Shown: positions 19,949-28,881 of the stretch, piece by piece
Numbering within the stretch: the first letter of the stretch is position 1
Layout: every line of letters begins with the position of its first letter
Source: Arenimonas sp.
GTDB lineage: Bacteria > Pseudomonadota > Gammaproteobacteria > Xanthomonadales > Xanthomonadaceae
Length of the DNA: 45,657 bases
Direction: 5' to 3'
Assembly (NCBI GenBank): GCA_039930825.1
Contig: JBDTTC010000371.1
Span: 1 to 45,657 of the forward strand
The notes under the pieces: model-generated
The model's input: only the letters and a program-made list of their open reading frames with translations
Database searches by the model: none
What the model was told of the DNA's origin: nothing
Position numbers and translations under genes: made by a program

Positions 19949-20109
19949 ATGCAAAAATTGAATTGCAGCATTCGCATTTGAATTTACGAGGCATAAAAAA
20001 ATTTGGAAAGCCGGTGAAAGCCGGTTCTTTCCCGCCAATTAATCCACACACTCCCGCTCCCGCGGGAATTCTTTTTTTGAACTTTGGGGCTGGGTATGCG
20101 CAAGAATAA
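19945..20109 (+). CDS. Possible 54-aa bridging/leader ORF (not in the ORF track)
   Basis: ATGA overlap with the tetR stop; open to TAA 20107-20109, overlapping the MFP start. Confidence 0.3.
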   Translation: MNAKIELQHSHLNLRGIKKFGKPVKAGSFPPINPHTPAPAGILFLNFGAGYAQE

Positions 20110-21283
20110 ATTATTAATCGCGGTTTCATTTTCAGTTTTAAGTGCTGCCTTGCTGGTAGCCTGCAGTGGTGGTGCGCAGCAGCAACCGCCGCCGCCTCAA
20201 GTCAATGTGGCTCAGGTCGTACAGAAAAAAGTACAACTCTGGGACGAATTCAGTGGCCGCATTGAAGCGGTCGATACCGTCGAATTACGGCCACGGGTTT
20301 CGGGTTATCTGGCTGCCGTGCATTTTCGCGAAGGCAGCGAAGTAAGACGCGGTCAATTGTTGTTTTCGATTGATGATCGCGAGTATCGCGCCGCTGCCGA
20401 AAGTGCACGCGCCAATGTCGCACGCGCTCAAAGTAGGGTTGCATTGGCACGCACCGAACTCGCACGCAGTGAGCGTTTGATCAAGGAGCAGGCGACATCG
20501 CAAGGCGAGCTTGATCAACGCCGTGGCGAATTGCAGCAGGCGCAGGCCGATTTGAGCAGCGCGCAGGCATCTGTAACGCAGGCACAACTGAATTTGAGTT
20601 TCACGCAAATCACTTCACCGATTAACGGCCGTATCGGCGCCGCGCTCGTAAAGCCGGGCAATCTGGTTTCGCCAGGAACAAGCCTGTTGTCCACGGTGGT
20701 TACGCTGGATCCTATCTACGTGACCTTCGATGGTGACGAGCAGGTTTATCTGAAATATCAGCAAATGTCGCAAAACGGGCAGCGTCAAAGTTCGCGTGAT
20801 GCCCGCAATCCGGTGCAAGTCGGTTTGGCCAATGAAACCGGTTATCCGCACAAAGGCGAGATGGTATTCGTTGATAACCAATTGAATGCCGGTACCGGCA
20901 CCATTCGTGCGAAAGCCGAACTGCCGAATCCCGACGGTGTGTTTACTCCGGGCCTGTTTGCCCGCGTGCGTTTATTGGGCAGTGGCGAACAAAGTGTGCT
21001 GCTGATTCATGAAATGGCAGTATCGACCGACCAGGATCGCAAATTTGTTTATGTTCTCGGTGATAAAAACGCCACGGTACGTAAAGACGTGGTGCTGGGT
21101 GAAAACGTCGATGGTTTGCGAGTCGTCAGAAAAGGTCTGGACCCGAAAGACATTGTGGTCGTGAATGGCGTGCGGAAAATTTTCTATCCCGGCGCGCCGG
21201 TTGCACCCATCACGGTGCCAATGGACAAACCTGACCAGGCACCACCAGCGCCTGCAGATGCTGCCGCCAAAGCCGGAAAATAA
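20096..21283 (+). CDS. RND efflux periplasmic adaptor (MexE-like lipoprotein)
   Basis: Lipobox LVAC; WDEFSGRIEAVDTVELRPRVSGY; FVDNQL; FTPGLFARV. Confidence 0.92.
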   Translation: MRKNKLLIAVSFSVLSAALLVACSGGAQQQPPPPQVNVAQVVQKKVQLWDEFSGRIEAVDTVELRPRVSGYLAAVHFREGSEVRRGQLLFSIDDREYRAAAESARANVARAQSRVALARTELARSERLIKEQATSQGELDQRRGELQQAQADLSSAQASVTQAQLNLSFTQITSPINGRIGAALVKPGNLVSPGTSLLSTVVTLDPIYVTFDGDEQVYLKYQQMSQNGQRQSSRDARNPVQVGLANETGYPHKGEMVFVDNQLNAGTGTIRAKAELPNPDGVFTPGLFARVRLLGSGEQSVLLIHEMAVSTDQDRKFVYVLGDKNATVRKDVVLGENVDGLRVVRKGLDPKDIVVVNGVRKIFYPGAPVAPITVPMDKPDQAPPAPADAAAKAGK

Positions 21284-21285
21284 TC

Positions 21286-24200
21286 ATGAGCAAAGAACAT
21301 CACATGGATGCGTCCAAGTTTTTCATCGACCGGCCGATTTTTGCGGCGGTTTTATCCATCCTGATTTTCACTGCCGGCCTGATTGCGATTCCGCAATTGC
21401 CGATCAGTGAATATCCGGATGTGGTGCCGCCTTCGGTGCAGGTAACTGCTTTGTATCCCGGCGCCGACCCGAAAACCATTTCCGAAACGGTGGCAGCACC
21501 GATTGAAGAAGCGGTTAACGGCGTCGAGAACATGACCTACATGAAGTCGGCTGCGGGTTCCGACGGCACCATGAGTCTGACGGTTACTTTCAAGCAGGGC
21601 ACCGATATCGACCAGGCTGCCGTACGCGTGCAAAACCGCGTACAGCAGGCTTTGCCGCGTTTGCCGGAAACCGTGCGAGCACTGGGTGTAACGACGGCAA
21701 AAAGTTCGCCCAACATTACAATGGTGGTGCATTTAACTTCGCCCAATAAAACTTATGACTCGTTGTATCTTTCCAACTTCGCCAACTTGCGGGTGAAAGA
21801 TGATCTGGCGCGTCTTGATGGCGTTGGCCAGGCGCTCGCTTTCGGTGCCGGTAATTACGCGATGCGGATCTGGCTGGACCCTCAGAAAGCGGCTGCCCGC
21901 AATCTGACCGCCACCGAAATCGTCGGTGCCATCCGCGAACAAAATGTACAGGTCTCAGCCGGCAGTATCGGCGCATCGCCCAATCCCGGCGGCGCGCCCT
22001 TGCAGCTCTCGATCAATGCACAAGGTCGCTTGACGACGCCGGAAGAGTTCGGCGATATCGTCTTGAAAAGCGAAGGCGGTGCGTTGACGCGTTTGAAAGA
22101 TGTGGCGCGGGTCGAACTGGGTTCGCAAACCTACGCGCTGCGTTCCTTGCTGGACAATAAAGACGCTGCCGCGATCGTAATTTTTGAAGCGCCGGGTGCA
22201 AACTCGATTGAACTGTCCGATGCCGTTCGTAAACGCATGGACGAATTGGCAAAAACATTTCCGAAAGATCTGACCTGGGAAGTGGCCTTCGATCCAACGG
22301 TATTCGTGCGTCAATCAATCAAATCCGTGATCGAGACTTTGCTGGAAGCCATCATTCTGGTGGTGATTGTGGTTGTAGTATTCCTGCAAACCTGGCGCGC
22401 CTCGATTATTCCCTTGCTGGCCGTACCCGTTTCAATTATCGGTACGTTCGCAGTGCTATGGTTGCTCGGTTTTTCGATCAATGTACTTACGCTGTTCGGG
22501 CTGGTGCTCGCCATCGGCATCGTGGTCGATGATGCAATCGTGGTAGTGGAAAACGTCGAGCGAAATATTCGCGAAGGCTTGAAACCGCTGGCGGCGGCAC
22601 ACAAAGCAATGAGCGAAGTATCGGGCCCGATTATTGCAATCTCGCTGGTACTGATTGCAGTATTCGTGCCGCTGTCGTTTCTTGACGGCGTCACCGGCCA
22701 GTTCTATCGCCAGTTCGCGGTTACCATTGCGATCTCGACTGTGATTTCCGCAATCAATTCGCTGACTTTGTCACCTGCTTTGGCTGCTGTCTTGTTGAAA
22801 GAGCACGGTGCCAAACCGGACAAGCTGGGACGTTTTATCGAAGGCATCTTCGGCAAATTTTTCGGCTGGTTTAACACCAAATTCTCTCGTGCCGGTGTGC
22901 GCTATGGTGATGTCGTGCAAAAGAATATGGGCCGTAGCTTCCGTTTGATGATCTTGTACGCCGGCTTGATTGGTATTGCGATATTTGCCTTCCGCAGTGT
23001 GCCGGGAGGTTTTATTCCGACCCAGGACAAGCAGTATTTGTTTGCACTGGTGCAATTGCCGGAAGGTGCCACGCTGGATCGTACCGATGCAATGGTGCGT
23101 AAATTAAGCGACATCGCGTTGAAGACACCGGGTGTTCACAACACGGTCGAATTTCCGGGTTTGAACGCGGTGCACTTCATTGCCACACCGAATGCAGCCG
23201 TTATTTTTATCGGTCTGAAACCGGCGGAAGAGCGCGAACAAAGCGCGTCTGAAATTGCCGGCATGCTGACCGGGGAATTCTCGCAAGTCCAGGATGGCCT
23301 CGCATTTGCCGTGATGCCGCCGCCGGTTTTAGGCCTGGGTAATTCTGCCGGTGCCGAGTTGTACGTGCAGGATCGTGGCTCGCTGGGCTATGGTGAATTG
23401 AATACGCAAACGCAAGCGCTGGCCGGAATTTTGCGGCAAACGCCGGGCTTCGATCCGTATTCGGTTTACAGCACCAACCAGGCTAATGTGCCGCAATTGA
23501 GTGCCCACGTGGATCGTGCGAAAGCGAAAGAACAGGGCGTGGTGTTGTCGGAACTCTACAACACCTTGCAGGTGTATCTGGGCTCGACTTACGTCAACGA
23601 TTTCAATCTGTTTGGCCGCACCTATAATGTTTATGCACAGGCCGATGCACCGTTCCGCGACGAAGTCAGCGACATCGCGCAACTACGCACTCGCAGCAGC
23701 ACCGGTGAAATGGTGGCGGTCGGCAGCGTGGTCGATATCAAGGAAAGTTACGGGCCCGATCCGGTTATTCGCTACAACGGTTATCCATCGGCGGATCTCG
23801 GTGCCGGTACCAATGCGGCATTGATGTCGTCGGCCCAGGCGATCGTGAAAATTCGCGAAATTGCCGCCGAGAGTTTGCCCAATGGTTTGAATATTGAATG
23901 GACCGGCTTGAGTTACGAGCAGGTCAATCAGGGCAGCGCAGCGCTATGGGTATTTCCACTCTGCATCATGCTGGTCTATCTGGTGTTGTCGGCTTTGTAT
24001 GAAAGCTGGACTTTGCCGCTGACGGTGATTCTGATCGTGCCGCTGTGTATTTTCTCCGCGATTGGCGGCATCTGGTTGGTGAATTTCTTCCATGGCTTGA
24101 GCTTTATCATCTGGCCACCGACGTCTGCTCCTACCTTTCTGGACAACAACGTTTTCACCCAGATTGGCTTGGTCGTGTTGATGGGCCTGGCCTGCAAAAA

Positions 24201-24528
24201 CGCGATCTTGATCGTCGAGTTTGCCCGCGAACTGGAATTGCAGGGCCGCAGCATTGTCGAGGCCGCACTCGAAGCCTGCCGCCTGCGTTTGCGTCCGATC
24301 CTGATGACCAGTTTTGCCTTCATCATGGGCGTTACGCCACTGGTGTTTGCGTCCGGTGCCGGTTCGGAAGTACGTCAGGTCATGGGCATTACCGTATTCG
24401 CCGGCATGCTGGGCGTGACCTTCTTCGGACTATTTTTTACACCGATGTTCTATGTGCTGATTCGCACCTGGTCATCGCGCCGCGAAGAAAAAGCGAAACA
24501 ATTGGAGAATGCGCATGAAACGCATTGA
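21286..24528 (+). CDS. RND efflux inner-membrane transporter (MexF-like)
   Basis: FFIDRPIFA, LPISEYP, GIVVDDAIVVVENVER, KNAILIVEFA, RLRPILMTS. Confidence 0.95.
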   Translation: MSKEHHMDASKFFIDRPIFAAVLSILIFTAGLIAIPQLPISEYPDVVPPSVQVTALYPGADPKTISETVAAPIEEAVNGVENMTYMKSAAGSDGTMSLTVTFKQGTDIDQAAVRVQNRVQQALPRLPETVRALGVTTAKSSPNITMVVHLTSPNKTYDSLYLSNFANLRVKDDLARLDGVGQALAFGAGNYAMRIWLDPQKAAARNLTATEIVGAIREQNVQVSAGSIGASPNPGGAPLQLSINAQGRLTTPEEFGDIVLKSEGGALTRLKDVARVELGSQTYALRSLLDNKDAAAIVIFEAPGANSIELSDAVRKRMDELAKTFPKDLTWEVAFDPTVFVRQSIKSVIETLLEAIILVVIVVVVFLQTWRASIIPLLAVPVSIIGTFAVLWLLGFSINVLTLFGLVLAIGIVVDDAIVVVENVERNIREGLKPLAAAHKAMSEVSGPIIAISLVLIAVFVPLSFLDGVTGQFYRQFAVTIAISTVISAINSLTLSPALAAVLLKEHGAKPDKLGRFIEGIFGKFFGWFNTKFSRAGVRYGDVVQKNMGRSFRLMILYAGLIGIAIFAFRSVPGGFIPTQDKQYLFALVQLPEGATLDRTDAMVRKLSDIALKTPGVHNTVEFPGLNAVHFIATPNAAVIFIGLKPAEEREQSASEIAGMLTGEFSQVQDGLAFAVMPPPVLGLGNSAGAELYVQDRGSLGYGELNTQTQALAGILRQTPGFDPYSVYSTNQANVPQLSAHVDRAKAKEQGVVLSELYNTLQVYLGSTYVNDFNLFGRTYNVYAQADAPFRDEVSDIAQLRTRSSTGEMVAVGSVVDIKESYGPDPVIRYNGYPSADLGAGTNAALMSSAQAIVKIREIAAESLPNGLNIEWTGLSYEQVNQGSAALWVFPLCIMLVYLVLSALYESWTLPLTVILIVPLCIFSAIGGIWLVNFFHGLSFIIWPPTSAPTFLDNNVFTQIGLVVLMGLACKNAILIVEFARELELQGRSIVEAALEACRLRLRPILMTSFAFIMGVTPLVFASGAGSEVRQVMGITVFAGMLGVTFFGLFFTPMFYVLIRTWSSRREEKAKQLENAHETH

Positions 24529-25975
24529 ATATAAAAATATGAAAACCACTTTTCTTGCTGCGGCAATTGTCATTGGCTTGAGTGCTTGTACGGTCGGCCC
24601 GCGCTACGTAAAACCAGATGCCCCCATGCCTGAAAAATTTGATCAGGCGCAAGCTGCAGAAGCAGTAAGCGCAGCAGATGCAACAACGCAGGGAAATGAA
24701 ACCGAAAGTGCTTTGTGGTCGGCGTTCAATGATCCGGCATTGAGCGCATTGATGGCGCGCGCCCAGCAGGAAAATAAATCGATTGCCCAGGCTGCGGCGC
24801 GTCTGCGAGAAACCCGCGCTTTACGCGGCCTGTCGTTCTTCAGCTGGTTTCCAACGATCACCGCTGGTGCCGATGCCGACAAGAGCCGTGCCTCGAATCA
24901 GGATCCGTTTATTCCAGCCGGTACTGGCATTACCGAAAGCTATAAAGCCGGTTTTGATGCGAGTTGGGAAATCGATTTGTTCGGCGGGCAGCGGCAGCAG
25001 AAAAATGCGATCAACCGTGAAACCGATGCCAATGCCTATTTGCTGGATTCCTCGCGTCTGTCGGTGAGTGCCGAAGTAGCACAAGCTTTCTTTGCACTGC
25101 GCGGTGCAGAGCAGCGTCTGAAAATTCAGACACTGAATATCGAAAATCTGCAACGTAGCGATCGTGTATTGGAAGCACGCCTGAAGGAAGGCCGCGGCAA
25201 TGCACTCGAGTTGGCACAAAACCGTGCCTTGGCATTGCAGGCCACGTCACAGCTTCCGAATATCGAAGCGGAAATCGTCCGGCAAGAACAACGTCTTGGC
25301 GTGTTGACCGTGCAACCGGTCACTGCCGTGCGTGAAGTGCTCGCGACTAGTCACGATATGCCCGAACTTCCCGCGCTGCGCTCCATCGGCACGCCGGAAG
25401 AATGGATCAAGCGGCGTCCCGATGTGCGTGCAGCGGAACAGAAATTTGCTGCCGCCAATGCAAGAGTGGGTGTGGAAATCGCCGAGTATTTTCCAAAATT
25501 GAACTTGCTCGGCGCTTTCGGCTGGACCGCACAAAGCGCCGGTGATTTAGGCGATAGCGGTAGCAAGCGCTGGAATTACGGTCCATCAATCAGCTGGAGT
25601 TTTCTGAATTTCGGGCGTGTGCGTCAAAACGTGAAAGCCGCCGAAGCGCGTGCCGATGCATCGGCAGCCTTGTATCAGGAAACCGTGTTGCTGGCATTGG
25701 AAGATACCGAAAATGCGCTCGCGCAATATCGTGCCAGCAATCGTTCGCAGCAATATTTGCAGGAAGCTGCCGTGCAATCACGCAAAGCGCGTGACCTGGC
25801 GAAACTGCGTTACGACAATGGTGCTGCCGACTTCCTGAGCTTGCTCGATGCTGAGCGCACGCTGCTGAATGTAGAAGATGCCAATGTGCAGGCAAAAACC
25901 GCACAAGCAACTTCGCTTGCCCTGGTTTACAAAGCATTGGCCTGTGATTTTGCCGGTGCTGTGCCTGCGAAATGA
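24515..25975 (+). CDS. Outer-membrane efflux lipoprotein (OprN/NodT family)
   Basis: LSACTVGPRY lipobox, ASWEIDLFG, RRPDVRAAE, LVYKAL; start could be 24515 or 24539. Confidence 0.9.
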   Translation: MKRIEYKNMKTTFLAAAIVIGLSACTVGPRYVKPDAPMPEKFDQAQAAEAVSAADATTQGNETESALWSAFNDPALSALMARAQQENKSIAQAAARLRETRALRGLSFFSWFPTITAGADADKSRASNQDPFIPAGTGITESYKAGFDASWEIDLFGGQRQQKNAINRETDANAYLLDSSRLSVSAEVAQAFFALRGAEQRLKIQTLNIENLQRSDRVLEARLKEGRGNALELAQNRALALQATSQLPNIEAEIVRQEQRLGVLTVQPVTAVREVLATSHDMPELPALRSIGTPEEWIKRRPDVRAAEQKFAAANARVGVEIAEYFPKLNLLGAFGWTAQSAGDLGDSGSKRWNYGPSISWSFLNFGRVRQNVKAAEARADASAALYQETVLLALEDTENALAQYRASNRSQQYLQEAAVQSRKARDLAKLRYDNGAADFLSLLDAERTLLNVEDANVQAKTAQATSLALVYKALACDFAGAVPAK

Positions 25976-26101
25976 ACGTGTTGCCCTCAAGCTGCCTCCT
26001 GCAATGGCGGCAGCGCACACCGATGTAATTGAATCGGCTGGGCCCAAGGGCCCTGCTACGGTGGTTTATACTCGCGGCATCTGACCGATCAATGCTGCCG
26101 C

Positions 26102-26848
26102 ATGGAAAATATAAATCCGGATTCCAACTTGAAAGCATCGCCACGTTGCGAAAACTGTGGTGTTCGTAAAAGACCTGAACGACTCAGCCTGACCTATATG
26201 CTGCATCGTCTGCGGGAAGATGTGCTCGGTACGGAGCGCGGCCTGTTTATTACGGTCTGGCATTTGTTTGCCAGGCCACAGGAAGTGGTTTCCGGTTTCG
26301 TGAAAGGCGATAACCTTCGTTATTACAGCCCGATAAAATATTTCGTGGTGATGCTGGCCTTGTCACTGGTTCTTCCCAACGATGCGGTGCTGGATGATTT
26401 CGTTGCCGGTTTTGTCGGCAGCCTGAAAATCGGCAGTTTGGAATCTGCAAAAGCCTTCGTCAGCGACTGGAATGCACTGGTCTATTTGCCGATGGTAACC
26501 ATGCTGGCGCTCAGTACGCGCATTTTTTTCCGCGACAAAGGCTATAACATTGCCGAGCACCTGGTGGTGGCGGCATACGGTTGGGCGCATTTGGTATTAC
26601 TGAGTACGGTAGCGTTTTCGATGATGCATTTGTTTCAATGGCTTGGCGCGGACAAACGGTTGGTGGCGCCATTGTTTTTCTTTCCATATTTATATTGGTT
26701 CTGGTATTGCCGTGCCGTTTTCTCTCAAAAGAAATGGTCGGGCTGGCTGAGGGCATTCGCTACCTTGCCGACAGCGCTGGTCTGTTATTTTCTATTTGTT
26801 GGATTTTTGCTTGTCATGACTTCCGCCATCATGCACATGATGAGTTAG
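26102..26848 (+). CDS. DUF3667-like membrane protein
   Basis: CENCG knuckle, ERGLFITVWHLFARP, RYYSPIKYF, YNIAEHLV; multiple TMs. Confidence 0.7.
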   Translation: MENINPDSNLKASPRCENCGVRKRPERLSLTYMLHRLREDVLGTERGLFITVWHLFARPQEVVSGFVKGDNLRYYSPIKYFVVMLALSLVLPNDAVLDDFVAGFVGSLKIGSLESAKAFVSDWNALVYLPMVTMLALSTRIFFRDKGYNIAEHLVVAAYGWAHLVLLSTVAFSMMHLFQWLGADKRLVAPLFFFPYLYWFWYCRAVFSQKKWSGWLRAFATLPTALVCYFLFVGFLLVMTSAIMHMMS

Positions 26849-26853
26849 ATAAC

Positions 26854-27303
26854 TCAAAATTTTCCGGTCATCGCCAGCACGGCCACAATAACGCCGGCAA
26901 TCAATAATGCAATCAGGGCTATCTTCCCGATCTGGCTGCTTTCACCTATCACGATAGTCTGGCTGCGCGATTTTGCAACCGGATTTCGCGAAACATAGGT
27001 GTCTATGACATCTTTTGCTTCTTTCAAACCCAGGCCGGTTTCAGCACGCAAAATCTTGATGGCTTCTATCGAGTTACCGCTTTCGATTGCGCTAATAGCG
27101 GCAGACGGTAATTGGGAACTGCCTTCGCACACAAAAGCCTGTGCATCAATCGGCGTGCCGGCGACATAGGCATCGACCAGATCCTTGGCTTCTTTCAAAC
27201 CCAGACCTGTCCCGGTGCGGGTTATCTTGATCGCTTCAATCAAGTTGCCGCGATTAGCTTCCAACATGGCGTCGTTGGGTAGCTGGTAATGGCTCAATTC
27301 CAT
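26854..27303 (-). CDS. Protein with two ribosomal L7/L12 C-terminal-like domains and a C-terminal TM
   Basis: IEAIKITRTGTGLGLKEAKDLVD and IEAIKILRAETGLGLKEAKDVID; hydrophobic tail; SD AGGAG. Confidence 0.8.
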   Translation of the reverse strand: MELSHYQLPNDAMLEANRGNLIEAIKITRTGTGLGLKEAKDLVDAYVAGTPIDAQAFVCEGSSQLPSAAISAIESGNSIEAIKILRAETGLGLKEAKDVIDTYVSRNPVAKSRSQTIVIGESSQIGKIALIALLIAGVIVAVLAMTGKF

Positions 27304-27330
27304 AGCGATCTCCTGTCTTGCATTCTGAAT

Positions 27331-27480
27331 TCAACGTAGTTCTTTTCTGACGACCAGTTTCAAACCAGACCAGATACCGGTCACGGCACAAACCTTTACA
27401 TCGACCCAGCCCAAGGGTAAAGCGATTTTCCGGATGCTGTCTTCGCTGGTTTTCTTTGATGATTTTTACGGCCACGATAT
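27331..27480 (-). pseudogene. C-terminal fragment of a DUF3052-like gene with an in-frame stop
   Basis: Manual translation ISWP*KSSKKTSEDSIRKIALPLGWVDVKVCAVTGIWSGLKLVVRKELR*. Confidence 0.65.
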
Positions 27481-27623
27481 CCGTTCATTCTCAATCTCTT
27501 TGATTTCGAGAATGTCTGGGCGTGAACATGTCAGGATTTCCAGAAATAAGTTTGTGCCGAGTATAAGGTTTGGCCGGGGTGCAAGCTACAGTAATATGGC
27601 AGTAGCTTCGGAGAGTATTTTCA

Positions 27624-28826
27624 ATGCGTTATTGCCTGTTTGTCTTGAGCCTTTTCTTCTCGCACGCTTGCCATGCGGCAACTACGGCGTCATGGGCGCT
27701 GCCTGCAATGGTCAATGCTGCACAACCCAACCTGAGTCAAGCCGAAAACGGCGAATTGATTCTCAGCTGGATTGAACGCATACCTGCCGGTGGCCATCGT
27801 TTGAAGATAAGTCGGTACTCCGAACAAACAAAATGGTCGCCACCGCAAACCATTGCCGAAGGCAAAAATTTCTTCGTCAACTGGGCGGATTTTCCCGCGA
27901 CCCAGGTCTTGGCCGATGGCAGTTTGTGGGCGCATAACCTTGAAAAAAGTGGCGTGGGCACTTATGCCTACGATGTGGTTTTGCGTCGCTCCATTGACAT
28001 GGGAAAAACCTGGGCAAAACCGATGCGGGTGAATGCACCGGTTGAAGCCGAACACGGTTTCGTGAGTTTGTGGCCATGGTCAAAAACTCAACTGGGTGTT
28101 GCATGGCTAGATGGCGGAGCGACTATTGCGACTGAAGACATGTCGAGCCACGATCACGGCGGCAGCATGATGACGCTTCGTGCGGCAGTGGTCGATGCGA
28201 AAATGCAGAGTACGCGGGAATGGCCGCTGGACATGTCGGTCTGCGATTGCTGCCAGACAAAAACAGCTCTGAGCTCGCGTGGCCCCGTCATTGTCTATCG
28301 TAATCGTACAGAAAACGAAATTCGTGATATCTACACCGCACGTTTTGATGGCAAGCGCTGGACGCCGCCGGTTCGCGTGCATGCCGATGACTGGAAAATG
28401 CCTGCCTGCCCGGTCAATGGCCCGGCGATTACGGCATTACAGGACAAAGTGTGGGTCGCCTGGTTTACTGCGGCACAACAACCGGCCGTGCGTATCGCCT
28501 ATTCTAAAAACGCCGGCGACAGTTTCGAGCCCATGCGTGAAGTGGCAACGCAAAACGTGCAAGGCCGCGTTGACTTGGTCTCCAATAAAGATTCAGTCTG
28601 GCTGAGCTGGATGGAAGAAAAAAACGGAACGCAAAACGTCTGGCTTGCAGAGTATTCACATGATCTAGAAACGGAAAAGCAGCGTTTCAGCCTGCCAGCC
28701 GTGACCGGCAATGGCCGCGCTACCGGGTTTCCGCGCATGGCATTGGTACAGAACAGAATTCATATGGTCTGGACCGATATTGTTGCTGGAAAGCCGCAAT
28801 TGCGTGGTGTTATCGTCACGCCCTGA
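27624..28826 (+). CDS. Secreted BNR/sialidase-fold beta-propeller protein
   Basis: Signal peptide; Asp-box-like SIDMGKTW and SKNAGDSF; NWADFP, VCDCC, CPVNGP motifs. Confidence 0.72.
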   Translation: MRYCLFVLSLFFSHACHAATTASWALPAMVNAAQPNLSQAENGELILSWIERIPAGGHRLKISRYSEQTKWSPPQTIAEGKNFFVNWADFPATQVLADGSLWAHNLEKSGVGTYAYDVVLRRSIDMGKTWAKPMRVNAPVEAEHGFVSLWPWSKTQLGVAWLDGGATIATEDMSSHDHGGSMMTLRAAVVDAKMQSTREWPLDMSVCDCCQTKTALSSRGPVIVYRNRTENEIRDIYTARFDGKRWTPPVRVHADDWKMPACPVNGPAITALQDKVWVAWFTAAQQPAVRIAYSKNAGDSFEPMREVATQNVQGRVDLVSNKDSVWLSWMEEKNGTQNVWLAEYSHDLETEKQRFSLPAVTGNGRATGFPRMALVQNRIHMVWTDIVAGKPQLRGVIVTP

Positions 28827-28881
28827 GCTTTTCAGGCCCTATAAGGCAGCCAGAACAGGGCGGATACGTCATAATTCAGCC

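Noticed and set aside
25991-26013. Hairpin GCTGCC...GGCAGC after the efflux operon as a terminator
   Set aside because: Imperfect stem with no U-tract.
26854-27303. Calling this gene rplL
   Set aside because: It has duplicated CTD-like motifs and a TM tail, and lacks the N-terminal domain and the rplJ/rpoB context.
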